Source: Desulfobia sp.
GTDB lineage: Bacteria; Desulfobacterota; Desulfobulbia; Desulfobulbales; SURF-16
Direction: 5' to 3'
DNA: 64,000 bases
Assembly (NCBI GenBank): GCA_046497465.1
Contig: JAWOFO010000042.1
Span: forward strand, 64,651-128,650
The translations under genes and the position numbers were made by a program. Positions 1-8,921 of this stretch are shown in pieces. Under the pieces are notes generated by a model. That model did no database searches. It saw only the letters and a program-made list of their open reading frames with translations, and was not told the origin of the DNA. The stretch's first letter is position 1, and every line of letters begins with the position of its first letter.

Positions 1-372
1 ATGTCCCGCCAATGTTTTGATATGCTCACAGAAAATAATATCCCCAAAGGAGATGTCCTCGGGGCGGCACGTATAGCTGGGATTATGGCAGCTAAAAAAG
101 TAGATGATTTGATCCCGCTTACCCATTCTCTGCCTATAAGTGGAAGTGATATAAGTTTTAACCTAAATAAAGAAAAACCTGCGCTGGAGATAATTGCCTC
201 TGTTAAGGTAACCGCTAAAACCGGAGTTGAAATGGAGGCTCTTACTGCTGTTTCAGTAGCAGCCCTGACAGTATATGATATGTGTAAGTCCCTTGATAAG
301 AGAATGGTTATTGAAAATATTCGCCTGTTACGCAAATCAGGCGGTAAAAGTGGAACTTTTATCCACGAGTAG
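1..372 (+). CDS. moaC: cyclic pyranopterin monophosphate synthase MoaC, C-terminal part (N-terminus off-window)
   Basis: The ORF is open from the window edge. The translation KGDVLGAARIAGIMAAKKVDDLIPLTH...KTGVEMEALTAVSVAALTVYDMCK matches the conserved MoaC core. Full-length MoaC is about 160 aa, so the true start lies upstream of the window. Confidence 0.85.
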   Translation: MSRQCFDMLTENNIPKGDVLGAARIAGIMAAKKVDDLIPLTHSLPISGSDISFNLNKEKPALEIIASVKVTAKTGVEMEALTAVSVAALTVYDMCKSLDKRMVIENIRLLRKSGGKSGTFIHE

Positions 373-411
373 GAATGCTCAAGCCGGGAAAAAATCAGGA
401 GAATCGACTGT

Positions 412-774
412 ATGGACAAACAAAATCAGGAGTATTTTCGTAAGAAGTTGATAGAGATGCGTGAAGGACTCATCTCTGAAGCCAGCAAGACCATTTCCGG
501 CATGTCTTCTGACGGCAATAAATATCCTGATCCGACGGATCGCGCTTCAGCTGAATCGGAACGGAATTTTGAACTCAGAATCAGGGACAGGGAAAGGAAA
601 CTGCTCAGCAAAATAGAGGCCGCTTTGGAACGGATTGAAGACGGGTCTTTCGGTATATGCGAAATGTGTGGTGATGATATAGCCTTGGCCAGGCTGGAGG
701 CCAGGCCGGTGACTACACTTTGCATTGAATGTAAGACAAAAGAGGAGAATTATGAAAAAGCCAAGGCTGGTTGA
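412..774 (+). CDS. dksA: DksA/TraR family C4-type zinc-finger protein
   Basis: 120-aa ORF with an acidic coiled-coil region and a C-terminal four-Cys motif (CEMCGDDI...TLCIECK), as expected for DksA/TraR. Confidence 0.8.
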   Translation: MDKQNQEYFRKKLIEMREGLISEASKTISGMSSDGNKYPDPTDRASAESERNFELRIRDRERKLLSKIEAALERIEDGSFGICEMCGDDIALARLEARPVTTLCIECKTKEENYEKAKAG

Positions 775-881
775 TGAAATAAATAAAAAGTCAGAATTTA
801 CGATTGAGGGAAAATTCGACCTGAAGGTCTTATATGAGTTACCTTTAATTTTTGACTATTAATCCGTGATTATTTTTTTAC

Positions 882-1916
882 ATGCCTGAGTTGAGAAAAG
901 ATCCTGTTCTGGGACGCTGGATTATTATCGCCCAAGAGAGAGGAAAGAGACCCACTGATTTTATCGTCAGGAGAATGGCAAGCAGGGGAGGGTTTTGTCC
1001 GTTATGCCCCGGTAATGAGAAAACAACGCCTGCCGAGATCTTGAGTTACAGGAACCACAGTGGACAGTGGCAGGTCCGGGTGGTTCCCAACAAGTATCCG
1101 GCGTTGGTTATTAACGGTAATCTGGATAAGGAAGGGGAGGGTATTTATGACAGGATGAACGGGATTGGGGCCCATGAAGTCATAATTGAAACCCCTGATC
1201 ACAAGGTTGATTTTAGTAGTTTGCCTGTGGAGCAGATGGTCAGGATATTCTATGCTTATCGGGACCGGATACTCGACCTGGAAAGAGATCACAGATTTAA
1301 GTATGTAATGGTGTTTAAGAATTTCGGCCAGGAAGCAGGCGCTTCTCTGGAGCATCCCCATTCCCAGCTTATTGCCCTGCCGATCCTGCCTAGAATGATT
1401 GTCTCCGAGTTGGACGGCAGTCTTTCTCATTACAGGTATAAAGAACGTTGTATCTTCTGTGATATAATCCGCCAGGAAATAAAAGAAGATAAGAGGATAG
1501 TCTGCCGGAACAATCATTTTATTGTGATAGTCCCCTATGCTCCTCGTTTCCCTTTCGAGATGTGGATTATTCCCAGGTATCATAATTCATCCTATCAGAA
1601 TCAGGATGCAGAATCTTTCCTTTCCCTGGCAGATATCTTTTCAGAAAGCATACGCAGACTCAATGCCTGTATCCCTGAGGTCTCATATAATTTTGTTCTT
1701 CATACTGCTCCACTCAGGTCATCGCCCCTGGAATACTATCACTGGCATTTTGAGATTATGCCTAAGCTCACCACTGTTGCCGGATTTGAGTGGGGCTCAG
1801 GTTTTTATATCAATCCCATTCCTCCGGAAGATGGGGCAAGATATTTACGGGATATAGAGCTCCCTGATTACAGCCTTACTAATTCCCACTTTTCATTTGT
1901 TCAGGAGGCGGGGTAA
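882..1916 (+). CDS. galactose-1-phosphate uridylyltransferase-like nucleotidyltransferase (GalT branch of the HIT superfamily)
   Basis: 344-aa ORF with an N-terminal CPLCPGNE zinc motif and the HPHSQLIALP His-Pro-His catalytic motif. The substrate cannot be inferred from the sequence. Confidence 0.75.
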   Translation: MPELRKDPVLGRWIIIAQERGKRPTDFIVRRMASRGGFCPLCPGNEKTTPAEILSYRNHSGQWQVRVVPNKYPALVINGNLDKEGEGIYDRMNGIGAHEVIIETPDHKVDFSSLPVEQMVRIFYAYRDRILDLERDHRFKYVMVFKNFGQEAGASLEHPHSQLIALPILPRMIVSELDGSLSHYRYKERCIFCDIIRQEIKEDKRIVCRNNHFIVIVPYAPRFPFEMWIIPRYHNSSYQNQDAESFLSLADIFSESIRRLNACIPEVSYNFVLHTAPLRSSPLEYYHWHFEIMPKLTTVAGFEWGSGFYINPIPPEDGARYLRDIELPDYSLTNSHFSFVQEAG

Positions 1917-2266
1917 TGCAGAAAATTCTAATTGTTGACGATGATGAAAGTGTCCAGCTTGTGTACAGGGAAGAGTTGGAAGAAGTCGGCTATGAGGTTT
2001 ATTCTGTCTTTTCCGGAGAAGAGGCCTTGAAAAAAATAGACCTGATATCGCCTGATCTGGTTATTCTTGATATAAAAATGCCTGGTATGGATGGTATAGA
2101 CGTCCTATGTCAGATTAAGGAACGGGACTCTTCTTTACCGGTTATTCTCAGTTCCGCTTATCCGGAATTCAAGCAGGATATATCTTCCTGGGCCTCTGAC
2201 GACTATATTGTTAAATCTGCCAATCTTGATACCCTGAAGGAGTCTGTTCACAAACTGCTTTCCTGA
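1916..2266 (+). CDS. single-domain response regulator (CheY-like receiver)
   Basis: 116 aa with the receiver signature ILIVDDDES...DLVILDIKMPGMDG...KS. Its ATG overlaps the upstream stop by 1 nt (TAATG at 1914-1918). Confidence 0.85.
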   Translation: MQKILIVDDDESVQLVYREELEEVGYEVYSVFSGEEALKKIDLISPDLVILDIKMPGMDGIDVLCQIKERDSSLPVILSSAYPEFKQDISSWASDDYIVKSANLDTLKESVHKLLS

Positions 2267-2509
2267 GTCCCAATACCGGCCAGTTAATTCAACTTGGAAT
2301 TACGAATTAACAATTCAACATCTTAAGTTTATTAGTTTTTTACTTTTTAGCTGCCGAAACAATTTATTGCAACTGGTTTCCTGGTTATTCAGTACGACAA
2401 CCATCACTGTTCTCGCCTTTTTTCAACCCTGAACTTGAAACCTGGAAGATTAAACTGTCAGGTTGTAAATTGAAAAGAAAAGATCTCTGCTGATAGGCCT
2501 GTCAGAGAA

Positions 2510-3277
2510 ATGGGGCTGGAAAAGCCGTTGGTAATTAATATTATGAAAGATATCCAGAGTCAGCGGGATGAACGATTTATTAATATAAGGAAAGTTGGCG
2601 TCAAAGATATCTCCTATCCCATTACCGTCCTTGATAAGGCTAACAAGGTGCAGCATACTTTGGCCAAGGTCAACATGTATGTCAACCTACCCCACCAATT
2701 CAAGGGAATTCATATGAGTCGTTTTATTGAAGTGCTTAATCGTTTTCATGGTCGGATTAATTTCAGGAGTTTTCACGCTATCTTGAAGGAAATGGTGGAA
2801 AGGCTTCAGGCAGAAGCGGCTCATATGGAGATTGAATTTCCTTATTTCTTGAAAAAAAAAAGAATAATCAATAAACCGGAATTGATTGAATACCGCTGTT
2901 CCATGTACGGCACTCTGGATAGCAGTGATAGTCTTTCCCTGAAAATAGATGTCCCTATCTCCCCGCCAACTCCTGTCCAGATTGATTCCGGTCTGCCCGG
3001 ATCTCTTGGTCTTTGGGGTTTTGCCAGAACTAGTTTAAGTTTTCGGCATTTTATCTGGATAGAAGATATTATAGATATGGTTGAAAAGGTGACTTCTCAT
3101 GATCTGCGGTGGCCCGTTGATAAAAGAGCAGCAGCTGAGAGGTATCTTTCTGTGGAGAGCATGGCTGATTCCCTGGCCCAGAAACTGGTCACCCATCCCG
3201 ATATCTGTAAGTTTAAAGTTACTGTGGAAAATTTTGCCAGGGGTTTTACCACCTATGCCTCTATCCAGGGGCCGTGA
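2510..3277 (+). CDS. FolE2/MptA-family (GTP cyclohydrolase I type 2)-like T-fold protein, divergent
   Basis: The N-terminal half carries the family hallmark LPHQFKGIHMSRFIE. The C-terminal half aligns in pattern but lacks the CPCSK, AHNQR and ESIHxH motifs (see findings). The start could instead be the MKDIQ Met at 2543. Confidence 0.65.
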   Translation: MGLEKPLVINIMKDIQSQRDERFINIRKVGVKDISYPITVLDKANKVQHTLAKVNMYVNLPHQFKGIHMSRFIEVLNRFHGRINFRSFHAILKEMVERLQAEAAHMEIEFPYFLKKKRIINKPELIEYRCSMYGTLDSSDSLSLKIDVPISPPTPVQIDSGLPGSLGLWGFARTSLSFRHFIWIEDIIDMVEKVTSHDLRWPVDKRAAAERYLSVESMADSLAQKLVTHPDICKFKVTVENFARGFTTYASIQGP

Positions 3278-3344
3278 GGAATTAGAAATTGGAAGTGACG
3301 ACCGGTTCCATATGGTTTAGATTTATAATTCTTAATTAGCTAAT

Positions 3345-5414
3345 ATGACAGATGATTTATTGTTTGAGATAGGCACGGAAGAACTGCCTGCCGGTTATAT
3401 TCTGCCGGCCTTGGATTTTATGGAGAAGGAAATGCGGCGCAGATTAAGGGATTTGTCCCTGAATTTTCAGAGGATGAAGACAGGCGGGACACCGAGGCGT
3501 CTCATGATCTGTGTTCAAGGCCTTGATTCCAGGCAACCGGATCGCCGGGAGCAGGTAACAGGTCCTTCGCTGAAGGTGGCTTTTGATGTTGAGGGTAAAC
3601 CTACAAAGGCTGCCAAAGGTTTTGCCTCCTCCCGCGGCGGTTCAGTGGAAGATCTGCAGGTTGTCTCCACGCCCAAGGGTGAGTATGTTATGTTGATCCA
3701 GGAACTGAAAGGAAGGGATTCTATTGATCTTCTTCAGGAAGAGCTGCCCGGGCTTATCAAGGATATTCCCTTTCCGAAATCAATGCGCTGGGGGGCTAAT
3801 TCTTATAGTTTTGCCAGGCCCATTCAGTGGCTTCTTGCCCTATTTGGTCAACAAGTGATTAATTTTTCATTTAATGACTTAACAGCCTCGGACACCACAA
3901 GAGGTCACCGTTTTCTTGCTCCAGAAGAGGTTAAAGTCAAAGACTGTGATCAATATATCAGTATTCTGCGGGAGCGTGAGGTGATAGTTGATTTTTATGA
4001 ACGCCGCCAGAAGATAGAAAAAGAGGTAAAGGATGTTGTCTCCGAGGTTGGAGCAGAAGTTATAGATGACCAGGAATTGCTGGATACGGTCACCAATCTG
4101 GTGGAGATGCCGGTACCGGTTTGCGGGTCTTTTGACAGGAAATTTCTAGAATTGCCCCCTGAGGTTTTGATTAGTGCTATGCGGGAACATCAGAAGTATT
4201 TTACCGTTGTTGATCAGGCTGGCCGGATACTACCGTGGTTTATTGCGGTGAATAATACCAGGGTTAGCGGTCAGGTCAACGGCGCAGCCGGACATGAGAG
4301 AGTATTGCGGGCCAGGCTTGAGGACGCCCTTTTCTTTTATAATGAGGACAGAAAAAAGAATCTGGAGGAGCGTTTGCCTTATCTCAATGGAGTAATATTT
4401 CAGGCCCAGCTGGGATCTATGGGAGAGAAGGCCAACAGGCTGGAAGGCCTTGCGGCCTATCTGGCAGCCGGGATAGTGCCGGACCAGCAGTACGCGGTGA
4501 TACGGGCTGCCCGCCTTGCCAAAGCAGACCTGGTTACAGATTTGGTTGGTGAATTTCCCACTCTACAGGGAGTAATGGGCAAGTACTATGCCCTGGCTGA
4601 TGGTGAAGATAAGGATGTAGCCCAGGCCATTGCCGATCATTATCTGCCTGTCAGGTCTGGAGGCAGGCTCCCTGCGACCACTGCCGGGGCAGTGGTCGGT
4701 CTGGCGGATAGGTTCGATACTCTGGCAGGTTGTTTCGGTATAGGGGAGAAGCCTACCGGCACAGCGGATCCTTATGGCCTAAGGCGGCATGCCCTGGCCC
4801 TTATTCATATTATAACCGGATATAACTTGAATATTTCCCTGAAAGAATGCGCCTATAAGGCCCTTGGCCTTTATGGAGGCAAACTGAGCCTCCCGGAAGA
4901 CAGGGCGGCCGGGGACATGATCGATTTTATCAAAGGGCGTTTTGTAAATGACCTGATCAGCAGAGGTGTGTCTTCAGAGGCTGTTGAGGCTGTTACTTCG
5001 TTAGGTTTTGATAATGTTGTCTCTGCCCGGAAGCGCATAGATTCTCTTCTGGCCATAAGCACCAGGGAAGCTTTTGGCCTTCTTGCCGGTTCTTTTAAGC
5101 GTTTGATTAATATTGTCAGTGATCAGGAAGCGGGAGAAGTCGATCCTGAACTGTTCCGGGAAGAGGCCGAGAGAAATCTCTATGATAAGTATCAGTCTAT
5201 CAAAATCCAGGTAGAGCCTCTGGTTGCCAGAGAGGAATTTTTAGAAGCCATGGAGAAGATTTTAGAGATGAAAGAAGCCGTTGATTATTTTTTTGATAAG
5301 GTGATGGTTATGGCGGAGGATAAGGATTTACGCCGTAACCGTTTGACCCTGCTCGCAAGTATAGTAAGTCTGTTTCTGTTGGTCGGTGATTTTTCAAAAA
5401 TGTCATCCATCTAG
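3345..5414 (+). CDS. glyS: glycine--tRNA ligase beta subunit
   Basis: 689-aa ORF. It has the N-terminal LLFEIGTEELPAGY motif and conserved blocks (HRFLAPE, REHQKYF, FQAQLGS, DPYGLRR) typical of GlyS. Confidence 0.95.
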   Translation: MTDDLLFEIGTEELPAGYILPALDFMEKEMRRRLRDLSLNFQRMKTGGTPRRLMICVQGLDSRQPDRREQVTGPSLKVAFDVEGKPTKAAKGFASSRGGSVEDLQVVSTPKGEYVMLIQELKGRDSIDLLQEELPGLIKDIPFPKSMRWGANSYSFARPIQWLLALFGQQVINFSFNDLTASDTTRGHRFLAPEEVKVKDCDQYISILREREVIVDFYERRQKIEKEVKDVVSEVGAEVIDDQELLDTVTNLVEMPVPVCGSFDRKFLELPPEVLISAMREHQKYFTVVDQAGRILPWFIAVNNTRVSGQVNGAAGHERVLRARLEDALFFYNEDRKKNLEERLPYLNGVIFQAQLGSMGEKANRLEGLAAYLAAGIVPDQQYAVIRAARLAKADLVTDLVGEFPTLQGVMGKYYALADGEDKDVAQAIADHYLPVRSGGRLPATTAGAVVGLADRFDTLAGCFGIGEKPTGTADPYGLRRHALALIHIITGYNLNISLKECAYKALGLYGGKLSLPEDRAAGDMIDFIKGRFVNDLISRGVSSEAVEAVTSLGFDNVVSARKRIDSLLAISTREAFGLLAGSFKRLINIVSDQEAGEVDPELFREEAERNLYDKYQSIKIQVEPLVAREEFLEAMEKILEMKEAVDYFFDKVMVMAEDKDLRRNRLTLLASIVSLFLLVGDFSKMSSI

Positions 5415-5470
5415 TTTAACATAAAATGAACAGGGAGCCATATTAACTGTAATTTAATTAAAGGTGTTTA

Positions 5471-6775
5471 ATGATGAGTATGAATAAGATGGAAATCGGC
5501 TGGACTGTAACTTCAACTTATTCCGAAGCTGAAAATCTTGCCAGAGAGTGCGTTAGCAAAGGGATTGCAGCCTCTGTTCAGGTAGAGGGGCCAATTCGTT
5601 CTTTTTTTGTTTCGAACAATGAAGCTGAAGATAAAGAAGAGTACAGGCTTACCTTTCAGTTTCTTGCTTCTCAATCGGAGCAGATGGAATCATGGCTGGA
5701 GGAGAATCATCCTTATGATGTCCCGCAATGGCTGACAGTGGCAGTGGAGAATGTCCTGCCGGAATATCTGGTCTGGGTCCAGGGGGAGGAAGAGGTTGGA
5801 TCTGGTGAAATTATTGGAATGTCCCGCAGAGGTGTGGAGTTGCTGAAACAGCAGCGTTATTCCGAAGCGGAAAAGATTTTTCAGGAGGCCTTAAAAGCAG
5901 AACCGCAAAATACCTATCTCCTGGTCGGACTTGGAGATTTATACCGGGAGACCAGGAAGTTTGCCAAGTCGGTAAACTACTATCAAAAAACCCTTGATAT
6001 TGATCCTGCCAATATGTTTGCCCTTCGTGGTATCGGTGATTCCTATCGGGGGATGAATGAGCTGGACAAATCCATACCCTACTGGCAGAGATATTTGGAT
6101 TATAATCCTGATGATATTCATGTCCTTACCCGTCTCGCTGATTCCTACGTCAAGACAGGAGATTTCCGCAAAGCAGAAGAGATTTACCTCAAGTCCCTTT
6201 CCATAGACGAAAATGACAAGTATGCCTTACGAGGCACGGGTAATCTTTATTACAAGAAAAACGATAATAAAAAGGCCCTTTACTATTTTGAGAGATTTTT
6301 GGAGCTGGATGACAGTTATATTGCTGTTCTGACCATGACCGGCAATATCTATCGCCGGCGCCGGGAATACGAACAGGCTATCTACTATTACGGCAAGGCC
6401 CTGAAAAAAGAGCCTGATAACATTTTTGCCCTGTACGGAATGGGGGATGCCCAGCGAGGATTGAAGAATTACTGGGCAGCAGTGGAATACTGGCTCAAAA
6501 TCCTGGAAAAGGAACCCGAGAATCAGAATCTTCTCTCCAGAATAGGTGATGCCTTTTTTATTCTGGGAGAGATCGAGAAATCTGAATACTACTACCAGCG
6601 CAGTCTTAAAATAGATTTTGATAATTTTTCCCTACTGGGCCTTGCCCGAATATGCCGGGAAAGAAAAGACTGGTTCAAAGCCGAAGAGTATTGCCGGAAA
6701 ATACTTGATAAAGATCCCGGTAATTCCCGGGCGATTGACGAACTCCAGCAGATAAAGGAGAAAAATATATCCTGA
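5471..6775 (+). CDS. CutA1-like domain fused to a multi-TPR repeat protein
   Basis: The N-terminal ~105 aa look like CutA (AASVQVEGPIRSFF...YRLTFQF...HPYDVPQWL). The remainder is at least 9 TPR-like 34-aa repeats (AEKIFQEALKAEPQN, YYQKTLDIDPAN, and others). Confidence 0.7.
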   Translation: MMSMNKMEIGWTVTSTYSEAENLARECVSKGIAASVQVEGPIRSFFVSNNEAEDKEEYRLTFQFLASQSEQMESWLEENHPYDVPQWLTVAVENVLPEYLVWVQGEEEVGSGEIIGMSRRGVELLKQQRYSEAEKIFQEALKAEPQNTYLLVGLGDLYRETRKFAKSVNYYQKTLDIDPANMFALRGIGDSYRGMNELDKSIPYWQRYLDYNPDDIHVLTRLADSYVKTGDFRKAEEIYLKSLSIDENDKYALRGTGNLYYKKNDNKKALYYFERFLELDDSYIAVLTMTGNIYRRRREYEQAIYYYGKALKKEPDNIFALYGMGDAQRGLKNYWAAVEYWLKILEKEPENQNLLSRIGDAFFILGEIEKSEYYYQRSLKIDFDNFSLLGLARICRERKDWFKAEEYCRKILDKDPGNSRAIDELQQIKEKNIS

Positions 6776-6947
6776 CAGGGCCTTAATTCCGGGAAGCTGT
6801 TTTATCTGAAAATCGAACAGGGCATGGATTTACCATGCCGAAGCTCCGGATTTTCATCATTCGTTGTGACTGGCCTGCCTGGTCCAGCCATGCTGGTTTG
6901 TTCTGAAAAAATATGGAAGTCGGTCTTAAAAGACGGGTTGAGTAATA

Positions 6948-8063
6948 ATGAAAAAAAAAGCACTTATAACCGGTATAACCGGTCAGGATGGGGCTTATCT
7001 GGCCGAATTTCTTCTTGGTAAGGGTTATGAAGTCCATGGCATAAAAAGACGGACCTCTCTTTTTAATACCGACCGGATAGATCATCTTTATCAGGATCCT
7101 CATGAAAAAGAACGTAATTTCATACTCCACCACGGAGATCTTACGGATTCATCCAGCCTTATTCATACGATAGAGAGGATTCAACCTGATGAACTGTACA
7201 ATCTGGCTGCCCAGTCCCATGTTGCCGTTTCATTTGAAGAGCCGGAGTACACTGCCAATTCCGATGCTCTTGGCACCCTGCGGCTGCTCGAGGCTGTCAG
7301 GATACTGGGACTTACCGGCAAGACCAGATTCTACCAGGCCTCCACTTCTGAGCTTTTCGGTAAGGCCCGGGAAACTCCCCAGACCGAAAAAACTCCCTTT
7401 TATCCCCGCTCCCCATACAGTGTAGCCAAGCTTTATTCCTACTGGATGGTCGTTAACTATCGCGAGGCTTACGGTATTTACGCCTGTAACGGTATACTTT
7501 TTAATCATGAGTCTCCGATCAGAGGTGAGACTTTTGTAACCAGGAAAATAACCAGGGGGCTGGCCAGGATTTTTCTAGGGCTCCAGGATTGTTTATATCT
7601 GGGTAATCTGGATGCCAAAAGAGACTGGGGTCATGCCCGTGATTATGTGGAGATGCAGTGGCTCATGCTTCAGCAGGATGAACCGGTGGATTATGTTATA
7701 GCCACTGGTGAGCAGCATTCAGTCCAGGATTTCCTGGGAGCTGCAGCAGGAGAACTGGGAATCAGTTTAAGCTGGCAGGGGTCAGGTATAAACAAGATTG
7801 CTGTGGTGGAAGACGTTAGCAGTGAAGAGACCGGTGTTAAAAAAGGACAGGTCGTTGTCCGGATTGATCCCCGTTATTTTCGGCCTACCGAAGTTGAATC
7901 ACTACTGGGTGATGCAACCAGGGCCGAGAGAGAGCTGGGCTGGCGGCCCAGGACAACCTTCCCGGAGCTGGTCAGGGAAATGGTTTTCTCTGATCTGGAA
8001 GATGCCAAACGGGATGCGCTTTGTAAAAAAAGGGGGTATAAGATTTTTGACTATCATGAATAA
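6948..8063 (+). CDS. gmd: GDP-mannose 4,6-dehydratase
   Basis: 371 aa. It has the [19 protein letters not shown] Rossmann motif, the catalytic SPYSVAKLY motif, and [17 protein letters not shown], all characteristic of Gmd. Confidence 0.95.
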   Translation: MKKKALITGITGQDGAYLAEFLLGKGYEVHGIKRRTSLFNTDRIDHLYQDPHEKERNFILHHGDLTDSSSLIHTIERIQPDELYNLAAQSHVAVSFEEPEYTANSDALGTLRLLEAVRILGLTGKTRFYQASTSELFGKARETPQTEKTPFYPRSPYSVAKLYSYWMVVNYREAYGIYACNGILFNHESPIRGETFVTRKITRGLARIFLGLQDCLYLGNLDAKRDWGHARDYVEMQWLMLQQDEPVDYVIATGEQHSVQDFLGAAAGELGISLSWQGSGINKIAVVEDVSSEETGVKKGQVVVRIDPRYFRPTEVESLLGDATRAERELGWRPRTTFPELVREMVFSDLEDAKRDALCKKRGYKIFDYHE

Positions 8064-8071
8064 GGTGAAGT

Positions 8072-8200
8072 ATGTTTATTTCAGGTAGTACTGGTTATTT
8101 CCACCCGGGTTATCTGATAGAGGTTGGAGAGACCGAGAAGATATTTACCAATCCCGATCATCAGCACACAGAAGATTACGTAACCGGCAGGTTTGGCTGA
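8072..8200 (+). pseudogene. pstB: relic of the C-terminus of phosphate ABC transporter ATPase PstB
   Basis: A 42-codon frame bounded by stops reads [42 protein letters not shown]. This is the very conserved PstB C-terminal signature (...LIEFG.T..IFT.P....TEDYITGRFG). No Walker or ABC-signature part is present upstream. Confidence 0.5.
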
Positions 8201-8222
8201 GGAGGGAATTACCAGCACTTGT

Positions 8223-8921
8223 CTATGTTGGGCTGTAGCCTCTCCAGTACCTTTTAAGGGCGGCAAAATAAGGACCGAAAAGCGTTTCGTAGTCACTAAG
8301 TCCTTTTTTGGTGATAAGTTCTATTTCCCCTGTATCTCGGTCATTGACCACTAGATTGGCGCTGTAGGTAAGGGCCTCGATATTATAGAGGGTGGTTAAT
8401 TCGGGGCCGATGAGCATATAGAAGATGTTACGCCTCCGTCTCATCTCCAGCCACTTCATGTACTCATGAAAGCGGCAGGCCGCAAGATTTCCCTCATAAG
8501 CGGTATGAAGGGCGATAAGCCCGAAATCCGTGGACTGCATGGTGTCAATGGCTTCATCAGAATCGGCCGGTTTTTCTATATGGTATCCCATTTTCTCCAG
8601 CAGATTCTCCATGATGTTCCCGATGTTTTCTTCCTTTATGAGGAGAAGTGCCCTGGGAATATCTTCAATATCCTGATGAGCTGAAATACTTTCTTTTTTC
8701 AACCAGTTGAGATCAGGGGGTGAAGGAGGTTGTATGTCGGGTATTGCCGATTGTTGTGGTTGTTCCTTCTCTTTTGCCAGTTCTATTGATTTACGGCAGT
8801 GGGGACAGGGGAATTTCAGGCGTTTGTCCGGAGCAAGGCTGGCCAGGGCCTTTTCAAGTTTTTCGGTCTGCCCGGATGGCAGGTTGAGCTCTTTATGGCA
8901 GTGAGGGCATGAGGATATCAT
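8223..8921 (-). CDS. uncharacterised zinc-ribbon protein with a C-terminal receiver-like (pseudo-receiver) domain, PilT-associated
   Basis: 232 aa. An N-terminal CPHC...(31 aa)...CPHC ribbon is followed by a Pro/Gln linker and an alpha/beta region (ALLLIKEEN...FGLIALHT) that lacks the phospho-acceptor Asp. Its start overlaps the pilT stop by 4 nt. Confidence 0.6.
   Translation of the reverse strand: MISSCPHCHKELNLPSGQTEKLEKALASLAPDKRLKFPCPHCRKSIELAKEKEQPQQSAIPDIQPPSPPDLNWLKKESISAHQDIEDIPRALLLIKEENIGNIMENLLEKMGYHIEKPADSDEAIDTMQSTDFGLIALHTAYEGNLAACRFHEYMKWLEMRRRRNIFYMLIGPELTTLYNIEALTYSANLVVNDRDTGEIELITKKGLSDYETLFGPYFAALKRYWRGYSPT

Noticed and set aside
2267-2509. The inverted repeat gttaattc-N13-gaattaac and repeated aattcaac words upstream of the folE2-like gene. 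These were considered as a Zur/Fur-type operator or as a solo MITE end, since aattcaactt also starts the MITE arm.
   Set aside because: The repeats are short and AT-rich. There is no convincing match to a known operator consensus, and a 10-nt identity to the MITE end could be chance.
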